A stretch of 64,000 nucleotides of DNA from Adineta vaga. Taxonomy: Eukaryota > Animalia > Rotifera. Position 1 is the first letter of the stretch. Every line of letters starts with the position of its first letter. The stretch lies in the NCBI GenBank assembly GCA_021613535.1, contig CP075493.1, positions 8,928,001 to 8,992,000 on the forward strand, written 5' to 3'. The translations under genes and the position numbers were made by a program. Under the pieces are notes generated by a model. It made no database searches. It saw only the letters and a list, made by a program, of their open reading frames with translations, and was not told the origin of the DNA. Below are positions 25,624-36,447 of the stretch, in pieces.

Positions 25624-26914
25624 ATGGTTCTTAAACATCGTACTTCAGGATTGGTTGTGGGTTGTCTTGTTGTAATTATTTCCATTATTCATCTAGGTGT
25701 AGGAATTGGTATTACGGCGAGATATAGAAAATATAATGATGTTTTTCGATTATCAGTGGGTTTATCAGCTTATAATATTGTTATTGGTATATTTGGATTA
25801 GCTGTTGGTGCAGCTACTGTATTTGCTGTTAAAAAAGAACGTGTCAGCTTGAGTAAATTCAGTTTTTCTATAAAGAAGAAAATAGATTATATATTTGAAA
25901 AAAAATTACATTTTAGGTCGTCCATTAGCAATTATGGCTTTAGTGTTGGGTATCATGGCAATTGCTTCATTTATTACTGGACTAGTTATTAATTCTACAT
26001 CGATTGACTTTATCAAAGATCGTTTAACCTTTCGAATGTCAACTTATGATGAAAATGAAGACTCAATTGATATCATGGATAACGTTCAAACAAACTATGA
26101 CTGTTGTGGTGTCAATTTGTGGCTTGATTGGTCAAGTCAATCATTGGGTGTAACAAATGGGGTGGGAGTAGGAGTAGGTGAGAGATAAAAACTGCTAATG
26201 TAACTATTGTATCTAAACTTTCCTTTTATATAAACCAGGTCGTCGTCGCCGTCGTCGTCATAATGCACAAGTATCTCGAACATTAACACCTTTAAGTCAA
26301 ATATTTCCTCTTCGACAAAAGCGACAAATAGTAACAGGAAGTAGTAATATATACAATCTTCCTACGACATTTTCATTCAAATTACCAACATCATGCTGTA
26401 AATCAGGAGCATTCACCGATAGTAATTCACTTGGTGGATGTGAGTGTCTAATTAAAGGATTGAACATTTAAATATATTTTTTTCTGGTTTTCTACGTTGT
26501 TTAGATTGTCTATATAATACCAGTACAAGCGTAACCAGTTTCAATGTTGCTGGTTGCTTGCCACCTGTTGCCAATACATCTGTTTCTCAAGTGACGGGCA
26601 TTGTTGTTATTAATACCTGTCTTAGTATACTTGCATTGGTCTTACTTCCTTTACTATTAATAATGTTTACTCGAGATCCTAATTCTGATACTTCAGATGA
26701 CAAACAACAACAAGCAAATGAAACAAATCAACAGCAACAGCAACAGCAACAGCAACAAATGTCGATGGAATATCAGCCACAACCAACAATGCAATACCGA
26801 CAACCGTCACAGCAGTTGCAATATCATGATCCTAATCAAGGATACTATATGAACAATAATGCCCCTGCGTATTACTATAATAATAATCCACCCACATATT
26901 CAACTTATCAATAA
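25624..26914 (+). CDS. Tetraspanin (copy 1), 4 exons, Gln-rich C-terminal tail
   Basis: Four hydrophobic segments; QTNYDCCG..LWLDW, LPTSCC and GC in EC2; introns at the same positions as copies 2 and 3 plus one extra. Confidence 0.85.
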
Positions 26915-27683
26915 CAATTGAAATATTGAATAAACTATCTATATCTAATCATATGTACTCATGACAATAAAAACGATAATGTATAAAAGAAAAAGTATTT
27001 GTTGCTTTCAATTTGAAAACTTTAAACAAAACATTATGAATAGCTCTATTATAATATTTATTGACCAGCAACGTAGAGACTCTTTAATAATTCAAAAAAA
27101 ATCAGATCTCATATAGAATAATGATTAAAATATGATTTATTCCATTGTGTACATGCAGATACGTGAAGGGTATTTTCAGAGATAATCAAACGAACAATTG
27201 CGACTAAATATAATTCTGAACTAACATCATTGTTAGATATGTATATATTTCAGTATGAATTACAATTAAATCGATTTGAATCGAAAAGAAAATGAATAAT
27301 TTCGTTGCAATCATGTTTTTACAGGTAAAATATATTATTCATGACGTAAAAAACGATTTGATTAGGTATTGTTTTCACCGCGTGTATTAATGATATTCGA
27401 ATATATACTAACAAAATTTCGCTTTCTTCGTTGCATTTTTTATAGTAATTATATATAGAATCTATTGTTTGCTGTGACGTTGTTAACAAAGATAATGTTT
27501 TTCTTTTTTGTTATCTATTGATTTGTTCATCTCTTTGAATAACTAATATACAATCCAATATAAAAAGTCAGTTAGTGCGTAATGTAATGATTATGGATAT
27601 GCATCAATAACGTGATCTAAAGAAGTGCAATTACTTCTATAATATAACGTTGTTTTGTATGTAACTTTTTCAGATAATAAAGA

Positions 27684-29096
27684 ATGCTCTTTAATAGCCG
27701 TGCTTTTGCAATTATTATATTGCTCATTGTGTTGATCATTTCGTTCATACATTTGGGTGTTAGTATTACTATTGTAAGAGATTTTCATAAATATGGTGAT
27801 CTCTTTAATCGTGAACGAGATTTATCGATATTCAATATTGTAATTAGTATTGTTGGTATACTAATTAGTGTACTTGGTTTAATCGCCGTAATAGCTCGTC
27901 GATTCACATTTAGTGAGTATATTGCTAAATATTTCGATATAAATCGAATTCTTCTATTTTCTTTAAGGTAAAATTATCGCATTTGGTTGTCTTCTAATTG
28001 GTTTATGTGCATTGGCTTCATTGATTGCTGCTATTGCAATCAATTTTCTAGGAATTGATCATATAAGCTCACGTTTCCTCGATAATATGAAACAGTATAA
28101 AGATAATGCAAATGCACGAAAAAGTATTGATACTATTCAAAAACATTATGATTGTTGTGGTAGTAACATGTGGCTCGACTGGGCTACAGTACCATTGTAT
28201 ACAGTGCCATCGGATATGAATGACATTTCAACGGAATATAGTTCACAAAAACCAGTAACTGACATAGGAATAAGAGCGAGTGCAACATCGTCCGAATCGG
28301 TTCAAACAACAACTAGTGCAAATGTTTGGACAACTTCTAACAATGATAAAATGACAAATACAGATGTAGAAGCAATTGTAAATGCTGGCTCTAAAATAAA
28401 AACAGAACCATATCAATCGTCAACAACAAAAGCGAGTTTTTTTACGGGATTCGAAACAACAAGCCCATATGTATATTCATCGACAACAAAAAAACATACA
28501 AATCCTCCAACGGAACAAAATTTTCAGATTCCTACTTCTACACTATCATCCTATGAATATAATCTACAATTATTCGGTGGATCAGGTTCATTATCAAATT
28601 CATTGAGAAAGAAACGACAAACACAATCAAACTATGGCAATATTTATGGTTTACCAATGTCATATACTGTTGCTCTACCTCAATCCTGTTGTACACGTGA
28701 CACACCATCGACATTTAATTCATTAGATTCATGTAAGTACCAACTATTATATACATATAAGATATTTCAGAAAATTCTTTAGATTGCATCTCAAATGCTA
28801 ACAATGTGCCAAATAGTTTCCATCGTGATGGTTGTTCAAATAAAATCGGCAGAATGGCTGTCAGTCAAGCACTTAGTATCGCCTTTATGAATGCTTTTCT
28901 CGTTATTTTTGCCTTCATAGCTGTTTCAGTATTAACACGAACATACGCTGGCTATACTCAACCACCAAAAACTTACAGAAATTCGTCATTACAAGCATCG
29001 CAACATCCGTATGAAAATGGTCATAATAATACACCCGATAAGCATATAAAAACATCGGTTATTAATCCACATACTGATTATTCAATTTATCAATAA
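27684..29096 (+). CDS. Tetraspanin (copy 2) with Ser/Thr-rich expanded EC2, 3 exons
   Basis: QKHYDCCGSNMWLDW, LPQSCC, FHRDGC; four TM segments. Confidence 0.85.
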
Positions 29097-29588
29097 ATAA
29101 ACAATTTCTCTTCGTCTTTTGAACAATAACACTCTATAATATATATGTATTAAACTCGCTAAGAAATTTCACTTGCTTCGATCTTTTTAATAGATCTCTA
29201 CTAACCACTAATTTACAAGAATATATGTCCGTTGATTTTGAATCTTGATTATTCCTAAAAGAAGAAAAATTGAGATAGAACTATAATTTGATTCGAATTT
29301 GATATAAGAAACAATTCATATAACTCTCTAGAGTGTTCAAAGTATATTGAAATATATAATCAATGACGTTTTGATAATGATTACTGATAGGTGGGGATCA
29401 CCACGTCACCTACTCAATGTGACGTATTATATTCTTTTATCGATCAAATTTACTACGCATATGTCACTGCGAAAAATATGTATATATATATCTATGAGAA
29501 AAACTACGTATAAGATTATGATTTTATCAAGATCAAGAAAGTTTTCTTTAAGGCGAATATTAAAAATATTCTTCATTCAATAATACAA

Positions 29589-30668
29589 ATGGAACAAAAT
29601 CTCTTAAGTATTCTTGTACTGATTTGTATACTTATCTTTTCTATAATACATGTGACTGTCAATATTATTACGATATCGAAATCTTATAACTATGGTGATA
29701 TTCTTCGATTACAGAAGGGTGTATTTATAGACAACATTATGATCGGTTGTTTAGGCATCCTTATAAGTGGTTTTGGCTTATTTTCAATATTGGCTTATCA
29801 TAGAATGTTGAGTAAGTTCCATTAAAATTAGTATTGATGACAAAGAAGTGTTATTCTTCTATCGTTTTGAACGTTTGTTTAAAATATAAATAACGATGGA
29901 TAGATTCATGAGATCTATTTTCTAATTTTCCATAGGTAAAATTGTGGTCGCGTTCTCTTTTCTTCTTGGAATTCTCACCATTGTTTCCATCATTATAGTC
30001 TTGATTTTACAGGCAAGATCATCGAATTATGTAAAGACACATTTTTTAAATCATATGAATCAATATAAAGCGAATCAGAATGCAAGAGTTCTATTAAATT
30101 ATATTCAAATGAAACATGAATGTTGTGGTGATGGTAATTGGTCTGACTGGTCACATATATCTTTGAAAACATTATCGTCATCATCATTTGAGACACATCT
30201 AAGGACAATAGTGAAAAAAACTCATCAAGAATCATCCACTTCATTAGGAATTTATTTACCTCCTTCTTGTTGCACTCAGCTTGGAACTCTAATAAAGTAT
30301 TCTTCAAATTTATGTAAGTACAATTTGTTTTGAAAATAAATGTACTCTGATACAGAGTCAGTTCTCTTAATCCATTTGCAGATTGTTTATCAAATGCTCA
30401 CAATTTACCAAATGGTTTTTATAAAGATGGATGCTCGAAAAGAATTAATAAGATCATCAACATTTACTCTATCTTTATAATCATTATCAATAGTTTTCTA
30501 ACTATTTTATCATTCCTACTTATTCCTCTATTGTTACGAATTTATTCCAATAGTATTCATCGAAAAACTGTTGTTATTCATCAATTACCTCAAGATTATC
30601 TTTGGCATCCATCTAGTTTAAAAGAATATTATGCATCTCCCGTTCCCTGGTTTCCATACAAACAATAG
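29589..30668 (+). CDS. Tetraspanin (copy 3), 3 exons
   Basis: QMKHECCGDGNWSDW, LPPSCC, FYKDGC; last exon 30382-30668. Confidence 0.82.
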
Positions 30669-31105
30669 TAAACGAGGCTCAATCTTTTTTTTCATTTGTA
30701 TCTGTAAATGTACTTGCAATAAAACTACTCACAAAATCCTCTATTTGCTCGTCGGATTAATAGTAACAGTGTTTTGTATTTCTATCTAGCTATATAGCTA
30801 GTAGAATCATAAGTGAAAGACATAAATCGTTTGTTGTATGTTGCGACTAGTGACATCTATTGAGCTTGTAATTAATAATAAGAAAAGAAAACAGGTTTTA
30901 ATTTCTTTATAAAAGTTTGATCACAATCAAAAAGTTGCAAACTAGATAAAAATGTTCGATCTTCATTCACTTTTTTAGATGTCAGTATTTGTTCGAATAA
31001 TATGATTCATCTGTTTACTTGTTTGATCCTTTTTTCTTTTTCGACTCTATAGATCAGATCTCTTTTAATTTTTTTTATCATCACCATCCATAATAAAACA
31101 AATTC

Positions 31106-32065
31106 ATGTCATTCTCTTCGTTACCCATAATTGATCTTAAAGATGATGAAACAATTATCATTCAATCAATGTTAAATGCTTGTTCTACAACCGGTTTTTT
31201 CTATCTTCGCAATCATGGTCTATTGGCTGCACAACAACGTATGTTTACATTGGCCAAAGAATTTTTTCGTCTTCCATTAAATATTAAAAACGAGCATCCT
31301 ATTACGAAAGAAAATCATGGCTATGTTCGACGTGGACAAGAAAATCTTTCTACTACAGTTTCGAAAATCATCGATGAAAAAGAAGCATTCAATATTAGTA
31401 AACGCTTTCAACCAAATCAATTACCTACAATATTTGCACAGTCAGATAATTATCAATTTATTACTAAATTTCAACATGATTGTTATGATTTATGTATGAA
31501 ATTATTAACATATCTTGCACAAAGTTTTGAAGTTGATACAGATTATTTTACATCAAGACATAAATGGGATCTTGAATCGGCTGATACTCTTCGACTTCTT
31601 CATTATCCTGCTGTACGAAATTATTGCGATGAATCAATTCGAGCTGGTGCACATTCGGATTATGGTTCATTAACTCTTCTTTTTCAACATTTAAACCAAT
31701 CAGGTCTTGAAGTACTTGATCGCTCAACAAATATTTGGCATTCGGTTGAACCATATGATGACATGCTTGTTGTAAATTTTGGTGATGCTTTTGAATATTG
31801 GTCTAACGGTTTTATTAAAAGCACAGTTCATCGTGTTGCTATGCCAATATTAGATTCGACAAAAGAGAATGAACGTTTTTCAATTGCTTATTTTTGTCAT
31901 CCGAATGATTCAACATTATTAACACCAGTTCCATCGAAATTCGTACTTGATCGAAAATTTGAAAAAGATGCTCATGCAAAATTAGCACTTGATCATGAGA
32001 ATGAAGAAACATTAACAGCTGGTGAACATTTTCAAGCGAGAATAAATAAAACATATACATATTAA
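31106..32065 (+). CDS. IPNS/DIOX-family 2OG-Fe(II) dioxygenase, intronless
   Basis: LPIIDL, AC...GFFYL.NHG, LRLLHYP, RAGAHSDYGSLTLLFQ (HxD), VVNFGD...WSNG..KSTVHRV, RFSIAYFCHP. Confidence 0.93.
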   Translation: MSFSSLPIIDLKDDETIIIQSMLNACSTTGFFYLRNHGLLAAQQRMFTLAKEFFRLPLNIKNEHPITKENHGYVRRGQENLSTTVSKIIDEKEAFNISKRFQPNQLPTIFAQSDNYQFITKFQHDCYDLCMKLLTYLAQSFEVDTDYFTSRHKWDLESADTLRLLHYPAVRNYCDESIRAGAHSDYGSLTLLFQHLNQSGLEVLDRSTNIWHSVEPYDDMLVVNFGDAFEYWSNGFIKSTVHRVAMPILDSTKENERFSIAYFCHPNDSTLLTPVPSKFVLDRKFEKDAHAKLALDHENEETLTAGEHFQARINKTYTY

Positions 32066-32390
32066 TGATTATAATATTTACATCTATTTCGTCTTTCAAT
32101 TGATCTTTCCTGTGATTATTATTCAGATAATTTTTATATTGATTATTTAATTCAATTAATTGTTTCTAGATACAAGATTTATTAATTTTCTTTACAATGT
32201 CGAATTATAACATCATCATCAACAATAGATAATTCATATTATCAGTTGTCAATGATTCATTAAACAAATACTTGTTTCATTTTTTTTCTCGTTCCTTATC
32301 CCCAAAAATTCATGTCCTATCGAATAGAACAGAAACTGTGAGTTAATATTCTTTTCTAGATTGTTTTTTTGTTTTGATTGGTAGTCAATA

Positions 32391-33794
32391 ATGAAAGACG
32401 ATCTTTTCTTCAATCTTGATCATGGTTATGCCGAAGGATTATGTCGTGGTTTTAAAAGTGGAATTTTAAAAGCATCCGATTATCACAATCTTGTACAATG
32501 TGAAACACTTGAAGGTAATACTATATGCTTTTTTATTTAGAATTAGAATATATGTTGATCTGTTTTAGATTTACGACTTCATCTTCAATCGACAGATTAT
32601 GGTAATTTTTTGGCTAATGATGCAAGTCCATTAACAGTCAATGTTATTGATGATCGTCTACGTGAAAAACTCATTCAAGAATTTCAACATCTGCGAAATA
32701 TTTCTTACAAACCATTATCAACATTTCTTGATTATATAACGTAAGTTCAACGATTTGAAAACAATCAAATTAATATTTATTTTCTCAAAGATATTCTTAT
32801 ATGATCGATAATATTGTCTTATTGATTACTGGTACTCTCCATCAACTCCTGTTGGAGATCTTTTACCACGTTGTCATCCTTTAGGTAGTTTTGAACAACT
32901 TGGTGGTATAACTATTGCTGATACACCTGCACAACTTTACAATGCAGTTATTGTTGATACACCATTGGGTATAGAAATTAATTCTTGATTTTAGCATATA
33001 ATTATTCGAATTATCTTGTTTAGCATCATACTTTACCGGTTGTATTTCCGAACATGATCTTGATGAATTAAATACGGAAATTATTCGTAGTACACTTCAC
33101 AAGGTAATTGAAAAATAAGCTTTTATGAAGGGATTTAGAATGAATACATTATTTAGGCATATCTGGAAGATTTTTACACATTTTGCAAGAACCTCGGTGG
33201 TGTTACTGCTGAAGTCATGTGTGAAATTCTTGCTGTATGTATTTACTAGTTAAATAAAACAATATAAGAATTTGCTGCCTATGTTTAGTTCGAAGCTGAC
33301 CGTCGTGCATTTATGATTACGATTAATTCGTTTGATACAGGTTTGACACAAGATGAACGATTTAAACTATATCCAACATGTGGTGTTTTAAATCCCGATG
33401 GTTTACAAGAACTACGACGTACAGACAATTATGAAGCTGTACGAGATGTAGCTGCTCGTTATCCTGTAAGTTTATTTTTCTTTTTTTCAAAAATATTGAT
33501 TATGTTCTTGGAATTGTTTTAGCAATACAGAGTATTATTTGAAGGAGCTGGAACAAATACAGGCGACAAAACGATTGAAGACAAATTTTTTGAACATGAA
33601 GTAAGAATTCGATTGTAGAAGGAAAATGATCAGTCATATATATTCGATCTATTTGAATAGGTTTTACTTAATCGAAATGCATTTCTTCGTCAATTTCATT
33701 TTGGTATTTTCTATGCTTATTTAAAATTAAAAGAACAAGAAAGTCGAAATATTATTTGGATTGCTGAGTGCATCGCACAAAAACATCGAGCACG

Positions 33795-33825
<31 letters not shown>

Positions 33826-33890
33826 AAATCTTCTATTTGAATCGATTTTTGTTTGTCTTTAGAATTGATAATTACATTCCAATCCTCTAA
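32391..33890 (+). CDS. ATP6V0D: V-type ATPase V0 subunit d, multi-exon, apparent -1 frameshift at ~32845
   Basis: [28 protein letters not shown]|[80 protein letters not shown]. Confidence 0.93.
33797..33826. repeat. (GAA)n microsatellite in the last intron of ATP6V0D
   Basis: About 9 AAG units starting at the splice donor. Confidence 0.9.
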
Positions 33891-34165
33891 ATTACATGTG
33901 GTTTTACTTCCGTTAACAGTGCAATGTTGTCCTTTGTCTTGTATCATTCTATTTTATTATTACTTTTCTTTATGTTGTATGATCATTCGAATAAGAAAAT
34001 GTGTCCCTCTTTTTTCGGTGTCTTTGAACCTTTGACGTTTCTCTATTTATAATTGATTATTTTCTTTTCCGTAAATATATATATTTAATCGAAATTCATA
34101 TATGACATGATTGTAGATCTCATCATTTTCATATATATAGATAAATTTGTAAACAAACAATTACA

Positions 34166-34913
34166 ATGGGTGATGATATATTATCATACAATGGTGGTGT
34201 TGCTTTAGCAATGAAAGGTAAAGAATGTGTCGCAATTGCATGTGATAAACGTTATGGTGTACAAAATCGAACGATTGCGACGAATTTTACAAAAATCTTT
34301 CAATATAGTGACCATTGCTTTGTTTCATTTTGTGGCTTGGCTACAGATGTAAGTATACGCAATAAACTGTAAATTTGTTTTTAACAAAAAACTCTTTTTT
34401 TTTCAAAAGGTTCAAACGGTATCGGAACGTTTAAAATTCCGAACAAATTTGTATGAATTACGTGAACAACGGAAATTAAAACCAGTCGTTCTTTATAATA
34501 TGTTAACCAATCTCTTGTATGAACGAAGATTTGGACCTTATTTTGTCTTTGCACTTGTTGTTGGTCTTGATCCTAAAACTGGCGAAACATTTGTCTATGA
34601 TTCAGACAATATCGGAGCTATAAGTGACAATGTCAATTTAGCTACAGTCGGTACAGCTAGTGAATATATTTTTGGTCTTGGTAAGTTTTTTTTTCATTTT
34701 TCTTTCCAGTAATTATCAATGTTATTAAAATGATATTCTTTAGGTGAATTGTTTTTTAAGCCAAATATGAATGCAGATGAATTATTTGAAGCTACATCAC
34801 AAGCATTATTAAATGGTGTTGATCGTGATTCAGCTAGTGGTTGGGGTGCAGTTGTCTATGTTGTTGAAAAGGACAAGATTACTGTACGAGAATTGAAAGG
34901 TCGACAAGATTAG
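34166..34913 (+). CDS. PSMB3: Proteasome subunit beta type-3, 3 exons
   Basis: SYNGG..LAMKGKECVAIACDKRYG, GLATD|VQT, LLYERRFGPYF, DRDSASGWGAVVY...LKGRQD*. Confidence 0.95.
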
Positions 34914-35299
34914 ACAAAACAATATTCCATAGTGTTATTTGTTACTCTTTTCTCTTTTTTTTCTTCTCTTCTTGTTCATTGGAAAGTCCAGAAAAAAGAC
35001 AAAGTCTGCTTGTTCATTCATACACCGTCTTCGCTCTTTTTTTTTAAAGTTTCGTTCTCAATTATCCCTCACAAACATTTAAAAAAAATAAATACATATT
35101 AAGAAACTATTTCACATTCCTCATAAATGATATGTATATGTACGACAATAATTCTACAAATATGTTGAGGGTGTAGGTGATGGAAATATCCATATATAAT
35201 GAAGAAAAAACAAATAGCGTCAAAAACATATGATGAATTTTTCATTTCATTCGTTCATCGGCATGACCGCATCTTTGCATTCTAATATATTACGAGTAT

Positions 35300-35813
35300 T
35301 TATGTGCCACTCAACTGTGCAGATGAAATTTCGGAATAACATGCATAATACCCAACTTACTGGACTTTTTGCTATCCATTCTAGAACCGATGAAACACAA
35401 ACTAAGCTTAAAATAATATATCCAAACAACATTTGCAGTTCCCTCTCTTCTATTTATTTATATATTTCAAGAAATACAACAGTTCCAATAATCACAGCAT
35501 TTCACTCACTTACTGCACAAGTTACCATCACGATCATGACCTCCACCATAAGCAATCTTACCGTGATAAGCAGTACCATGAGCACGATCATATGGATCGA
35601 CTAATTTATTATCGTCGGAGCTATTTGAAAGAGAAGACTCATTTACTGTGGAACCAATTAGACAAGTTTTATTTAAAAAGAACTCGTTTTTTTTTATCTA
35701 ACAATGTAAGCGTAGCAGCTTAAATATTTCAAAGACATTCTGAACAACTGTGAAATAAATAAATAAAAAATTATACTGTGTAATTGACAATACTCACAAT
35801 TAGTGTTTACCAT
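35300..35813 (-). CDS. Predicted small (~98 aa) 5-exon protein with a C-terminal transmembrane helix, unknown function
   Basis: Four consecutive GT-AG introns (gtgagt..cacag, gttaga..cacag, gtaagt..aatag, gtaagt..cacag) join in phase to give MVNTNFVQNVFEIFKLLRLHLNESSLSNSSDDNKLVDPYDRAHGTAYHGKIAYGGGHDRDGNLCKERELQMLFGYIILSLVCVSSVLEWIAKSPLSGT*. Confidence 0.65.
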
Positions 35814-36447
35814 CTTCGAGCCGGTACGTTTCCATTTTTCTTTCTTTCTGTCTGTCTCGACGTACGGTTGAAAAGTTATGATTTTGTTGTACGATGATTT
35901 TACGAGCGGTAGCTGAGCAAAAAATTGATTCAAATGCGATGATGAAAAATATAAATTGTCAAGAAGAATTGAATTTCATAAGTTTGACAACGTATTTGTT
36001 CATTTATAGAAATTTACTTGAATCAATTCTATTTATATTTATAGTGTTATGGTTTTATTCAATAATCAAAAAAATCCGACCGAGATTCTCCTAAACAAGA
36101 GATTTACATACATTTAAATGAAATTTGTTGTTTAATTGCTGAATAAAGGTTATTTACTAGTATTCATATTATATCTATTTCAGAAGAGAAAACTATTGAC
36201 TGTTATTTAGTTCTTTTTCTTGTTCAAACTAAATCAAACAATGAGAACAAAAGATACAGAATATAGCACAAACATTTGAGTGAAATAAACAGAAAAAAAT
36301 GAGACAAAACTGAATGCCAAATAACAAATAAACGCAAACATTTTGTCTGAATAATGTGAATAAAGATAAATGGGATAAACATAGGTGAAACATATACATT
36401 GTAGATAAATAGCTGTTGTTGTTGTCATATACACTAGTACAATAATT

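Noticed and set aside
30786-30801. 16-bp palindrome CTAGCTATATAGCTAG
   Set aside because: Isolated and low complexity, with no terminal repeats or target-site duplication indicating a mobile element
35230-35723. Plus-strand ORFs of 124 and 96 aa
   Set aside because: Antisense shadows of the spliced minus-strand gene; the splice signals are on the minus strand
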